From assembly GCA_030446435.1 (NCBI GenBank), contig JASURT010000002.1, forward strand, positions 1-48,844: a stretch of 48,844 bases of DNA, written 5' to 3'. The DNA comes from Candidatus Ozemobacter sp. (lineage in GTDB: Bacteria > Muiribacteriota > Ozemobacteria > Ozemobacterales > Ozemobacteraceae). Positions 35,794-45,138 of this stretch are shown in pieces; the stretch's first letter is position 1, and each line of letters starts with the position of its first letter. The notes beneath the pieces were generated by a model. The model worked only from the letters and a program-made list of their open reading frames with translations. It did no database searches and was not told the origin of the DNA. The position numbers and the translations under genes were made by a program.

Positions 35794-36798
35794 TCATTTT
35801 ACCTGGGCCTGAGTTTCAGGAAACTTGTCGAGGTTCGCTTCGATCCAGGAAATAGTTTTTTCAAGTCCTTGCTCGAAGGTAAACCCGGGTTGCCAGCCCA
35901 GTTCGTTCTGTGCCCTGTTTGAGTCGCCAATCAGACGTTCCACTTCTGAGTTATCTGGTCTGAACCTGTCGTTGGAACTGAAAAGTTCAGCTTTACTTCC
36001 GGTTAACCTCATTATGGTTTCAGCCGTGTGTTTGATGCTGAAGCCGTTGCCGGTAGCAAGGTTGTAAGGTCTTGCGTCAGGGGTGCCGTTTTCTGCAGCA
36101 GCAATGAAACCGTTAGCGGTATCTTCGACGAAATTAAAATCTCTTACCGGGGTAAGATTGCCCAGTTTTATCTGCTTTGAAGTCAAAGCCTGCACAACTA
36201 TGGTCGGAATTACCGCCCGCATCGACTGGCGTGGACCATAAGTGTTGAAAGGTCTCACGATAATTACCGGCAGCCCGAAAGATCTGGCGTAAGACATGCC
36301 AAGCATGTCAGACGAAATCTTGCTGGCAGAGTAGGGCGATTGAGCCTGGAGCGGATGGCTTTCATTCATTGGTGTCGTCAGGGCGGTTCCGTATACTTCA
36401 GAGGTCGAAGTCAGAACTATTCGCTTTAATTTATGATTTGCAGCGCATTCAAGAATATTAAGGGTGCCGATCACGTTAGTATCTATATAGCTTTGCGGGG
36501 CCGAATAAGAGTAGGGTATGCCAATCAGAGCGGCCAGATGAAAAACCGCGTCGCAGCCGGCCAGAAATTTGTCGATCAGGCTTCGGTCACGCACATCTCC
36601 GAAAACGATCTGAAGATTTTTGTGCTGATTGCCGCTTAACCAGCCGGCGTCTGAACGACTATTGTAGCGCGCAAGCGCTTTGACCCGTGCCCCACGCTCA
36701 AGCAGAGCTTCAGTTAAATGGCTGCCGATAAAGCCGGCAGCGCCTGTGACTGCGATCAGTTTGTCTTTTACGTTAAAATTGTCAATATTCATATTCAT
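35794..36798 (-). CDS. NDP-GlcNAc 4,6-dehydratase, LegB-like
   Basis: TGAAGFIGSHL, HLAALIGIPYSY, QSPYSASK and RPFNTYGPRQS motifs. Confidence 0.88.
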   Translation of the reverse strand: MNMNIDNFNVKDKLIAVTGAAGFIGSHLTEALLERGARVKALARYNSRSDAGWLSGNQHKNLQIVFGDVRDRSLIDKFLAGCDAVFHLAALIGIPYSYSAPQSYIDTNVIGTLNILECAANHKLKRIVLTSTSEVYGTALTTPMNESHPLQAQSPYSASKISSDMLGMSYARSFGLPVIIVRPFNTYGPRQSMRAVIPTIVVQALTSKQIKLGNLTPVRDFNFVEDTANGFIAAAENGTPDARPYNLATGNGFSIKHTAETIMRLTGSKAELFSSNDRFRPDNSEVERLIGDSNRAQNELGWQPGFTFEQGLEKTISWIEANLDKFPETQAQVK

Positions 36799-37843
36799 GG
36801 TTTATTTCTGCGAAGATTTCTCTGGCTTTGAAGTAATCCTGAGGGTTGCCGATGTCGAGCCAGAATTCAGATACCGGGTAGCAGCTGACTCCTTTCGCTG
36901 ATCCGGTAGCAAGTTTAATCAAATCGGGCATATCGAATTTTTCGCCTGTGGGAATCTGCTGTAGCATTTCTGGTTCGAGAACATAAATCCCGGCGTTGAT
37001 AAAAATGCTTTGTGAAGGTTTCTCTTCAATGTCGAGAAGCTGATCTCCCTTAAGGTTAACCACTCCGTAAGGAATCTGAAAGTTGAATTCGCGAGTGCAC
37101 ACCGTAATCGGTTTGCCGGCTGTCTGATGATATTCTAACAAGTTACCAAAATTGACCGGCGAAAGAATATCTCCATTCATGACCACAAATGGGTTCGCCG
37201 GCGTTTCCGGCAGCAGCGAAAGGGCACCGGCGGTGCCAAGAAAACCTTCTTCTTTGATGAATTCAATTTTAACGCCTTGAACCGGATTGCGCTGAAAATG
37301 CTTGATGATCATTTCAGCCCGGTAGTTAACCGAAATGAAAACCTTTTCGAAACCGTGACGGCGCAGTTGTTCTACGATCAGAGAGATTATTGGCCGGTTG
37401 CCGACCGGTAACAGGGGCTTTGGTATATCTCTTGTAAGCTCGCCAAGTCTTGAGCCAAGGCCGCCGGCCATTATTACCGCAAAGTTTTCGCGGGGTTTGC
37501 GGGCGATAAGATCTTTAAGCAATACCAGCCTCAAAACTTTTCCATCGCGGTCGATAATTGGCAAATGCTTGATCGAGCGATTCGTCATGATGAAAAGTAA
37601 CTCATCGTCAGGGGTTGCAAGATCTGCAACAATGGGGTTTCGGTTCATCAGCTTTTCTATCGGGCTTTGCAATTCTGCGCCGTTGATCAGGCCGCGTCTG
37701 ATGTCGCCGTCGGTTACGGTGCCGATAAGCTTTTGCCGTTCATCTACCACCAAAGCTATTTCAAGAGCCGTATCATCGATTATTTTCAGGGTTTCCAGAA
37801 TGGTGGTGCTGGTTTTGATGAATATCTTTTCTGTTTCTACCAT
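36782..37843 (-). CDS. CBS-domain sugar-phosphate nucleotidyltransferase (PtmE/LegX-like)
   Basis: TDGDIRR CBS pair; MAGGLGSRL, PKPLL, LGTAG and WLDIG motifs. Confidence 0.9.
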   Translation of the reverse strand: MVETEKIFIKTSTTILETLKIIDDTALEIALVVDERQKLIGTVTDGDIRRGLINGAELQSPIEKLMNRNPIVADLATPDDELLFIMTNRSIKHLPIIDRDGKVLRLVLLKDLIARKPRENFAVIMAGGLGSRLGELTRDIPKPLLPVGNRPIISLIVEQLRRHGFEKVFISVNYRAEMIIKHFQRNPVQGVKIEFIKEEGFLGTAGALSLLPETPANPFVVMNGDILSPVNFGNLLEYHQTAGKPITVCTREFNFQIPYGVVNLKGDQLLDIEEKPSQSIFINAGIYVLEPEMLQQIPTGEKFDMPDLIKLATGSAKGVSCYPVSEFWLDIGNPQDYFKAREIFAEINHEYEY

Positions 37844-37845
37844 TT

Positions 37846-38409
37846 CTATTTTCTGCTCCTGGAAACGTGCTGGGGATTTTTCAGCAATTCTTCAATGCTG
37901 ACCGGCAAAAATCCTGCTAGTTTGGGGCTTCCTCCGGGCTTTTTGAATCCCATGAAGATAGGCACATGCTTTAACTGAAAAGAGTATACCTGAATTTGTT
38001 CGCGTTGCCGATCTTTGTTCCAGAAATCGGCAAAATAATCTGCCAGGTCGGCGCCAGGCCGGCAATAAGCCGGGTCATACACTTTCCCTTCAAAGATCAA
38101 GAAGCTGTGATATGGCCAATAACCTTTAAGTTGAAAGGTCATTTTTTCTCTGGCCGGCTCGAGGGGGCTTTCTTTGAAGTCGGGTTTGATAAGAATCACG
38201 ATTCTGGCTGTTCTGGTGTCAATTTTGTTATCGAGAAGAATCGAGTAAAAATCTGTGCTATGGCTGATATAGCTGCCTCTGGCTAACTCTTTTTTTGACA
38301 TGCTGCCGGTAAACTGGCGGTAAAGTCTTTCAACATCAGCATATGCAGATATGGGCAAAAAGATTGAGATTATCGTGAGTAAAATGAAGTTTTTCGGGAA
38401 AATTTTCAT
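37846..38409 (-). CDS. Exported hypothetical protein (possible papain/transglutaminase-like fold)
   Basis: Signal peptide ending AYA; WPYHSFLIFEGKVYDP. Confidence 0.6.
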   Translation of the reverse strand: MKIFPKNFILLTIISIFLPISAYADVERLYRQFTGSMSKKELARGSYISHSTDFYSILLDNKIDTRTARIVILIKPDFKESPLEPAREKMTFQLKGYWPYHSFLIFEGKVYDPAYCRPGADLADYFADFWNKDRQREQIQVYSFQLKHVPIFMGFKKPGGSPKLAGFLPVSIEELLKNPQHVSRSRK

Positions 38410-38531
38410 CAGGGTCGAGTCTCGTTAGTTTGGCTTTGAATTTTGAAGATACCAGAAAGAAAGCGGCAGGTAAATAACTTGAAGTTAAGAGCTGGTGATT
38501 CTATAATTACATCAATTAGAGGAGAAATATT

Positions 38532-39866
38532 ATGGCCAGATCTAAAGTAGCAATTTTAAGAACCAGCCCGGCAACAGTTTTACACGATTATCACAAGCTT
38601 CTTAATCTTGCCGGCTATCAGGATGTAATTGCGAAAGACAAAGACACAGCTTTAAAAATAAATATTTCCTGGCATTTTTTCTTTCCAGGAGCTTCAACTA
38701 CTCCATGGCAGCTCGAAGGTGTAATTCGCGCGATGAAAAAAGATGGCTATGACCCGTCTTTGATTCACGGCTGCCATAATCGCACAGTTGTAATTGACAG
38801 TCATCTTGGCGAACGAGAAAACAAGCATATCGACGTGATCGAAGCGCACAACCTTAGAAATGTTCATCTTTACGAAGGTGAAGAATGGGTAAACGTCAGA
38901 GATGCCGTCGGTGACCTGCACAAAGAATTTCTTTGCCTCAACGAGGTTTATCCAAATGGTTTTTCGATTCCAAAAAGATTCATCGGCGAAAACATCATTC
39001 ATCTGCCAACGGTAAAGACTCATGTTTTCACCACCACAACCGGTGCGATGAAAAACGCTTTTGGTGGCCTTTTGAACGAGCATCGTCACTGGACTCACCC
39101 GGTTATACATGAAACCCTGGTCGATCTTTTGATGATTCAAAAAAAGATTCACCCCGGCGTTTTTGCCGTTATGGATGGAACTTTCGCTGGTGACGGCCCG
39201 GGGCCGAGATGTATGAACCCCAGGGTCAGAAACGTCATTCTCGCTTCTGCCGATCAGGTCGCAATCGATGCGGTTGCCGCGTCATTGATGGGTTTTGACC
39301 CTCTTAAAGATTGCAAATACATTCGTCTTGCTCATGAAATGGGGCTTGGCTGTGGTGATGTAAACGAAATAGAATTAGTCGGTGATCTCGATGCTGCCAA
39401 AGAAAACTGGCATTTCGAAGGTCCGTTCAAAGAAATGACTTTTGCATCTCGACAACAGCATAAAATTTATTGGGGTCCACTGAAGAAGCCGATTGAGTGG
39501 TCTTTGAAAACCTGGCTTGCGCCGTGGGCTTACATTGCTTCGGTAGTTTACCATGATATGTTCTGGTATCCGGTCGAAGGTAAAAAACGCTTGTATCATA
39601 TGCTTAAAACCCCCTGGGGCAGATTGTTCGACAACTGGGAGCTATTGCAACCAGACGCAGATGGCAATGGTTACCCCGACCTTGGCCCAACTGAAAGACG
39701 AATGAAGCTAACTCCTGGTCATATTCTCGAGGTTCTTCGTTTGATAGGCATGGCCATAAAAGAGTCCCCCGAATGGAAAAAACCACAGGGAAAGTTAAGT
39801 TGTGCTGCCAGTTGTCTCGGCCCTTCATGCCAGACGATAGATTGTTTGAACAAGGAGAAGAAGTAA
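38532..39866 (+). CDS. DUF362-domain (Fe-S-associated) protein
   Basis: LKINIS, TTPW, LPTVKTH..TTTTGAMKNAFG, GDGP and D.VAID motifs; GAGGAG RBS. Confidence 0.85.
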   Translation: MARSKVAILRTSPATVLHDYHKLLNLAGYQDVIAKDKDTALKINISWHFFFPGASTTPWQLEGVIRAMKKDGYDPSLIHGCHNRTVVIDSHLGERENKHIDVIEAHNLRNVHLYEGEEWVNVRDAVGDLHKEFLCLNEVYPNGFSIPKRFIGENIIHLPTVKTHVFTTTTGAMKNAFGGLLNEHRHWTHPVIHETLVDLLMIQKKIHPGVFAVMDGTFAGDGPGPRCMNPRVRNVILASADQVAIDAVAASLMGFDPLKDCKYIRLAHEMGLGCGDVNEIELVGDLDAAKENWHFEGPFKEMTFASRQQHKIYWGPLKKPIEWSLKTWLAPWAYIASVVYHDMFWYPVEGKKRLYHMLKTPWGRLFDNWELLQPDADGNGYPDLGPTERRMKLTPGHILEVLRLIGMAIKESPEWKKPQGKLSCAASCLGPSCQTIDCLNKEKK

Positions 39867-39869
39867 CAG

Positions 39870-40106
39870 ATGGGTGCTTTTTTCGTATTAACCGGAACCC
39901 TATTGCTTATGGCCAGCGCGATCTGGATTATCGGCGAAGTGCTGAAGCATGACGTATTTATGGGGGCTCTGGCGTTATTTGCTTTTCCGATTTTCAGTAT
40001 TTACTGGACATTTTTTGTAGATTACGCAAAATGCCACATTCCTTTTTTTATAGGCCTTGGCGGAGCTTTGCTCGTTCTTGTAGGCCTGGGTTTTGGCTTG
40101 GCATAA
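39870..40106 (+). CDS. Small membrane protein
   Basis: 78 aa, three hydrophobic segments, in operon position. Confidence 0.7.
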   Translation: MGAFFVLTGTLLLMASAIWIIGEVLKHDVFMGALALFAFPIFSIYWTFFVDYAKCHIPFFIGLGGALLVLVGLGFGLA

Positions 40107-40121
40107 ACCAGGGAGGCTGTT

Positions 40122-40448
40122 TTGAGCAGTTACAATTTAAGAATCGATGTTTTAAAGAATGACGAAAACGGAATCGAGCTGAAGCTGACTGGCGAACTCG
40201 ATCAGCTTACCGTAAGAGATTTGAAAGAAAAGCTTCAGGAACTGACCGCAGACATGACCCCAAGTCTGACTGTCGATCTTTCAGAAATCGAGTTCATGGC
40301 CAGTGCAGGCTTGTCAGTTTTTGCCTATTACCATGAACTTTATCAGAACAATGCAGTTGGCCAGATTTTAAAGATCACCAACTGCTCTGACAGCGTAATG
40401 AGGGTTTTCAAGCTTACCAAAATGGACAAAATTTTCAATGTAAGCTGA
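40122..40448 (+). CDS. STAS-domain anti-sigma factor antagonist
   Basis: LTGELD, VDLSEIEFMASAGL and VMRVFKLT motifs; GGGAGG RBS with TTG start. Confidence 0.88.
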   Translation: MSSYNLRIDVLKNDENGIELKLTGELDQLTVRDLKEKLQELTADMTPSLTVDLSEIEFMASAGLSVFAYYHELYQNNAVGQILKITNCSDSVMRVFKLTKMDKIFNVS

Positions 40449-40463
40449 AACCAAAGCATTATA

Positions 40464-40512
40464 CAAAAAAACAAGGCTCATTTCGAACCGGTCGAGAGCC
40501 TTGTTTTTTTTG
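40464..40512. terminator. Bidirectional intrinsic terminator
   Basis: CAAAAAAACAAGGCTC...GAGCCTTGTTTTTTTTG. Confidence 0.85.
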
Positions 40513-40613
40513 CTGAAATTCTGAATCGCCTTTAATTTGGTGCAAGTCGCCGGATTGCTTATCTTAGCGGCAATACGCATTTTTGCATGGCGACCGCACA
40601 GTTTCGGCAGGGG

Positions 40614-42731
40614 CTAGAATTTTATATTGAGAAACTTGAAGATAAAGGCATATTCGAAAGCAATTTCCTTAAGGTAGTCGTAGCGGCCTGATGCGCCGGC
40701 ATGCCCTGCATCCATATTGGTTTTGAGCAGAAGAAAATTTTTGTCAGTTTTGTTTGCGCGCAATTTTGCGACGAATTTTGCCGGCTCCCAGTATGAGACT
40801 CTTGGGTCGTTAAGGCCTGCTGTGACAAGCATGGTTGGATAGTCCTGGGCTTTCACATTGTCATACGGCGAGTAAGAAAGCATGTATTCGAAATATTCCT
40901 TGTCGTTGGGGTTGCCCCATTCTTCGTATTCTTCACGAACCAGCGGCAAACTCGGATCACTCATGGTATTGATAACGTCTACGAAAGGAACGTCGGCAAT
41001 CACCAGTTTGAAAAGGTCAGGTCGCATATTTGCCACCGCGCCCATCAAAAGGCCTCCGGCGCTGCCTCCGTTAATCACCAGATGCTCGTTGTCGGTGTAA
41101 TTGAGTTTGATAAGATGCTCGGCGCAGGCGATGAAGTCGGTGAAGGTATTTTTCTTTTTAAGAAGTTTGCCGTTGTCATACCAGGGCCGACCCATTTCCT
41201 GGCCACCTCTGACATGGGCGATGGCATATGTAAAACCGCGGTCGAGAAGGCTGAGTCTAATCGACGAAAAATAGGGGTCAAAAGAAGAGCCATATGAACC
41301 GTAAGCGGTAAGGTAAAGTGGCGCAGCTCGTCGATGCTGGTCTTTTCGGTGTATGAGAGAAATTGGAATTCTCGTCTGGTCTGAAGCAATGGCATAGATT
41401 CTTTCAGATATATAATCAGACGATTTGAATGAGCCAAGAACTTCATATTGCTTTTTCAACTCGGCTTTTCCGGTGCTGAGATTGTAGTCGAAAACAGATT
41501 CGGGAGTGGTTAAAGAAGTGTAGCGATAGCGAATGGTGTCGGTATCGTATTCAGGGTTAGAGTCAAGATTAACACTGTAAACTGCTTCTTCGAATTCTAT
41601 GGGTTTGAATTTGCCAGAATTCAGGTCGAAAAAGCGAATTTTCTGCAAGCCTTCATCGCGTTCAGAAATGACGATATGTCTGGCGAAAGCGTCGATGTCA
41701 TCGATCAGAACAGTGGGGCGATGATCGATAAAGAGTTGCCAGTTTTCGGGCTCAATCTTATTGTCGGGGGTTTTGTAGACTTTAAAATTGACAGCATTGT
41801 CATTCGTAATGATATAAAAATCTGAACCCTGGTGCACAAGGCCATATTCAATATTTTTCTGACGGGATCTGAAAACTTTGAAATCATCGTCGGGTTTCAG
41901 AGCGTCGAGAAAACGAACTTCTGACGATGTGGTGCTGTTGGAATCAATGAATATGAATTTTTTGTCGCGGGTTTTGCTGACTCCGGTCCAGAACTGGCCG
42001 TCTTTTTCATGGTAAACCAGCTTGTCTTTTTCGACCGGGGTACCGAGCTTGTGCTTCATGATTCTGTCTGCGCGGCCAGTCTCGTCCATCAGGGTGTAGA
42101 AAACGGTTTTGTTGTCTTCGGCCCAGACAACTCCATAGGTGGTTGAAGCGACAACTTCAGAAAATTCGATGGCGGTTTCGAGGTTGAGAAAATGAAGCTC
42201 GAATTTTTCAGCGCCGGTATAGTCGACAGAATAAGCGAGAATGTTGTGATCAGGGCTTATTTTTAAAGCACCAAGCGAAAAATACGGCTTGTTTTCTGCG
42301 TATTTGTTTTCGTCAAAAATGATTTCTTCAACAGAGTTTTCTTCAAGTCGCTTTCGGCAGTGAAGTCGATACTGTTTGCCTTCTTCGGTGCGACTGTAAT
42401 AGTAGTATGGTCCGATTTTTTCAGGAACCGAGAGATCTGATTCTTTTATGCGGCTTTTCATTTCTTCGAAAAGATGGCTTTGTAGTGTTTCAGTATCTTG
42501 CATGATCGTTTTGGTGTAACGATTTTCTTCTTTCAGATATCTGATAACTTCTTGGCTTTCTTTTTCTCTTAGCCAGAAGTATGGGTCGAGAAGCTTTTTG
42601 CCATGTATTTCTCTGATTTTCACTTCGCGTTTTGCTTCAGGTGGCACAGGTTTTTCTGCGGTAGCCTGAATTGTTGAAGTTGCCAGAATCATCATCGCGG
42701 TTGTGAGAATAAATACCAGTGATACTTTCAT
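40614..42731 (-). CDS. ptrB: Oligopeptidase B (S9A), with a signal peptide
   Basis: DPYFWL, HVRGG, GGSAGG, DPRV..WEPAK and AGH motifs. Confidence 0.95.
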   Translation of the reverse strand: MKVSLVFILTTAMMILATSTIQATAEKPVPPEAKREVKIREIHGKKLLDPYFWLREKESQEVIRYLKEENRYTKTIMQDTETLQSHLFEEMKSRIKESDLSVPEKIGPYYYYSRTEEGKQYRLHCRKRLEENSVEEIIFDENKYAENKPYFSLGALKISPDHNILAYSVDYTGAEKFELHFLNLETAIEFSEVVASTTYGVVWAEDNKTVFYTLMDETGRADRIMKHKLGTPVEKDKLVYHEKDGQFWTGVSKTRDKKFIFIDSNSTTSSEVRFLDALKPDDDFKVFRSRQKNIEYGLVHQGSDFYIITNDNAVNFKVYKTPDNKIEPENWQLFIDHRPTVLIDDIDAFARHIVISERDEGLQKIRFFDLNSGKFKPIEFEEAVYSVNLDSNPEYDTDTIRYRYTSLTTPESVFDYNLSTGKAELKKQYEVLGSFKSSDYISERIYAIASDQTRIPISLIHRKDQHRRAAPLYLTAYGSYGSSFDPYFSSIRLSLLDRGFTYAIAHVRGGQEMGRPWYDNGKLLKKKNTFTDFIACAEHLIKLNYTDNEHLVINGGSAGGLLMGAVANMRPDLFKLVIADVPFVDVINTMSDPSLPLVREEYEEWGNPNDKEYFEYMLSYSPYDNVKAQDYPTMLVTAGLNDPRVSYWEPAKFVAKLRANKTDKNFLLLKTNMDAGHAGASGRYDYLKEIAFEYAFIFKFLNIKF

Positions 42732-42877
42732 AATGCCCCCAGAAGGTGTTTTTGCCGTAAGTTTCGTTTTTGCTGAATTTAGATTTTCAATTCAGATTAT
42801 TCTATAATAAATTATTCTCTTATGTTACATTGTTTTTGCTTAAAAGCGATTAAAGATGGTGAAAGGACCTGATTAAA

Positions 42878-43705
42878 ATGACTCGAAAATTTGCGGGAAA
42901 AGTGATTCTTATTCTGGCTGCCGTAATTTTGCTGCCGATGGCGGCAATGGCTTTGTACATACCGAATCCAGAGCAGATAAAAGTTGATGGTCTGGTTAGC
43001 TTTGGTGAAGATGGCGCGGCATGGCTGAGTTGGAATGGCCATGAAATGCTGGTTACTTCAGGTTACATGATCGGAACGGATCTGCGCGTCGTTGCAGTCA
43101 GGCACGATAGTGTGGTGGTTTATCAGCCCGAATCAAGGCAGTATCAGGTTCTTATTCCTGACAGTGCGCTGGCCTGGAAAGACAGAAACGACGTAATCTG
43201 GACTCAGGGTATGCCCATATGGAAAATTACGCGAATGGTCGCGCTTGCTTATCGCAAGGATTACATCTGTCATTCAACCACCACAACTCAGAACATCGTC
43301 AGAAGACATGTGCGCAACATGCCGTCGATGATGGAGCTCGTGGTTTCACCCAATCACCGTTATTATGGCAAAGACGGAATTATCTATGTTTCACCGGTTC
43401 ACATTCAGGGAACAGGCTGGAAGCATCTTATGGACAGAATACAAAAGTATCGCAGCAGAACTCTCGGAGAATGGTTTCCGGTTCTCGATGAAAAGAGTAC
43501 AATTATAAGTGATGGCAGACCGCTCGATCAGATTTTGCAGAAAATCGCCTTCAGAACCGGTGTCGCCATTCACTGGGACCGCCCGACCATGGTGCCTTTG
43601 TATTGCTCTTTAAGAGATCGCCCATGGCACGAAATTCTTGAAAACATCGTGGTTTTCAATGGTTTTGAACTTATACCAACCCAGAAAGGTCTGGTGATCA
43701 GATAG
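42878..43705 (+). CDS. Exported protein: PilP/GspC-HR-like domain plus two secretin N0/STN-like domains
   Basis: Signal peptide; AWLSWNGHEMLVTSGYMIGTDLRVVAVRHDSVVV; PLDQILQKIAFRTGVAI...LRDRPWHEILENIVVFNGF. Confidence 0.55.
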   Translation: MTRKFAGKVILILAAVILLPMAAMALYIPNPEQIKVDGLVSFGEDGAAWLSWNGHEMLVTSGYMIGTDLRVVAVRHDSVVVYQPESRQYQVLIPDSALAWKDRNDVIWTQGMPIWKITRMVALAYRKDYICHSTTTTQNIVRRHVRNMPSMMELVVSPNHRYYGKDGIIYVSPVHIQGTGWKHLMDRIQKYRSRTLGEWFPVLDEKSTIISDGRPLDQILQKIAFRTGVAIHWDRPTMVPLYCSLRDRPWHEILENIVVFNGFELIPTQKGLVIR

Positions 43706-43706
43706 A

Positions 43707-44603
43707 ATGAAAAAACTGCTAGTTACAATGGTTGTTTTGCTCGGGTTCGCATCAGGGCTCGGGGCAAAAACCGTTGAACTTGAAGTTTTTCGTGACTGGC
43801 GTGGCAGTAACTGCACCTATAAGTCCAGTCGCCCTTTTTTCACGATTACCGATATTTATGATCTCGAAAGATTCTGGCAGAAAGCTGATGCTGACGAATC
43901 GATGCCAAACATTGACTTCGACCGCTATATGCTTCTGGTCTGGAACCCAGGCCCGTCATTGTTTGACCATCATCCCGTAAAGGTCGATCGTTTCATTTAT
44001 AAAGACGGCCGTTTCGTTGTAATTATGGATTATGAGCTGAAAAACACCGGCGGTCAGTGGCGGCGCCCGTTCGTGGCAACAATGCTACCTAAAATAAAAA
44101 AGGGCGATATTTTCATCATGCAGAAAGAATCTGCCGGTTACGGCAGAATCAAATGGAAGCATGTCTACACCCTCTGGGACATGAGCCCTGGGCGAAATAT
44201 GCCGTTTGAAGTGGTTAAAATGGATGAGCCGGTTAAGAAACCGGCTTTCATCGACCCTTCCAAACATCCGAAAGATATTCCCGTCGTTACCTCTGCTTCG
44301 GTAAAACCTGCCGAAACTGCAGGCAAAACAGAAACCACCGGTTCAGAAATAGCATCGACCAAAGGCTCGACCGCAACGTCGTCAGGTTTTTCTGATTTTA
44401 CCTCGGGTTCATCGGTCTCAAAGACCTCGGTTGCAAAATCTTCAGAGAGCAAAAAGCAGGCAGACGAGGATTTTTTTCCTGACTTTAATTCTTCTTCAGG
44501 CAAATCAGCTGCTAAAACTGAAAAAAAAGCGGCTTCACCGGTTAAAGCAACCGGATTTGATGAAGATCCGCTGTTTGGTGAAGAATTCGATATTAATTTT
44601 TAG
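43707..44603 (+). CDS. Exported protein with a PrcB C-terminal-like domain and a low-complexity tail
   Basis: Signal peptide; LERFW...MPNIDFDRYMLL pattern; Ser/Lys-rich linker and acidic end. Confidence 0.55.
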   Translation: MKKLLVTMVVLLGFASGLGAKTVELEVFRDWRGSNCTYKSSRPFFTITDIYDLERFWQKADADESMPNIDFDRYMLLVWNPGPSLFDHHPVKVDRFIYKDGRFVVIMDYELKNTGGQWRRPFVATMLPKIKKGDIFIMQKESAGYGRIKWKHVYTLWDMSPGRNMPFEVVKMDEPVKKPAFIDPSKHPKDIPVVTSASVKPAETAGKTETTGSEIASTKGSTATSSGFSDFTSGSSVSKTSVAKSSESKKQADEDFFPDFNSSSGKSAAKTEKKAASPVKATGFDEDPLFGEEFDINF

Positions 44604-44613
44604 GTAAGGATTT

Positions 44614-45138
44614 ATGATTCACGCATATACAGGCGATGGAAAAGGCAAAACGACCGCCGCGATTGGCTTGTTGATTCGGGCTTTTGGTGCGGGTAAAAAG
44701 GTTGGAATTATTTTTTTCGACAAGGGTAGTGAAACATACCGCCACAATGAGTTGACGGTGCTTGACCGCCTGGGAATTGAATACCAGGTTACTGGTCTTG
44801 AAAGAATGAAGCCCGACGGCACTTTTCGTTTCGGTGTTCTTGAAGAAGACCGGCAGGAAGCAAAGCGCGGCCTCGAGCTGGCAGAAAAATACATTAAAGA
44901 AGCTCGTTTTGATCTACTTGTTCTTGATGAAGCCCTGACCAGCTACTCGGTAAACCTTATCAGTAAAGAATCATTGCTTGAGCTGATTGCTGCCGCACCT
45001 GAAGAAATCGAGCTGGTTTTAACCGGCCGCTGTAAAGATAAAGAAATGCTCGAACACGCTGATCTGGTTACGAAAATGAGCAAGCACAAGCATTATTTCG
45101 ACCGGGGCGTAAAAGCACGCCCCGGAATAGAATACTGA
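44614..45138 (+). CDS. cobO: Cob(I)alamin adenosyltransferase (CobO/BtuR)
   Basis: YTGDGKGKTTAA, LVLDE, ELVLTGR, ADLVT and GIEY motifs. Confidence 0.93.
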   Translation: MIHAYTGDGKGKTTAAIGLLIRAFGAGKKVGIIFFDKGSETYRHNELTVLDRLGIEYQVTGLERMKPDGTFRFGVLEEDRQEAKRGLELAEKYIKEARFDLLVLDEALTSYSVNLISKESLLELIAAAPEEIELVLTGRCKDKEMLEHADLVTKMSKHKHYFDRGVKARPGIEY

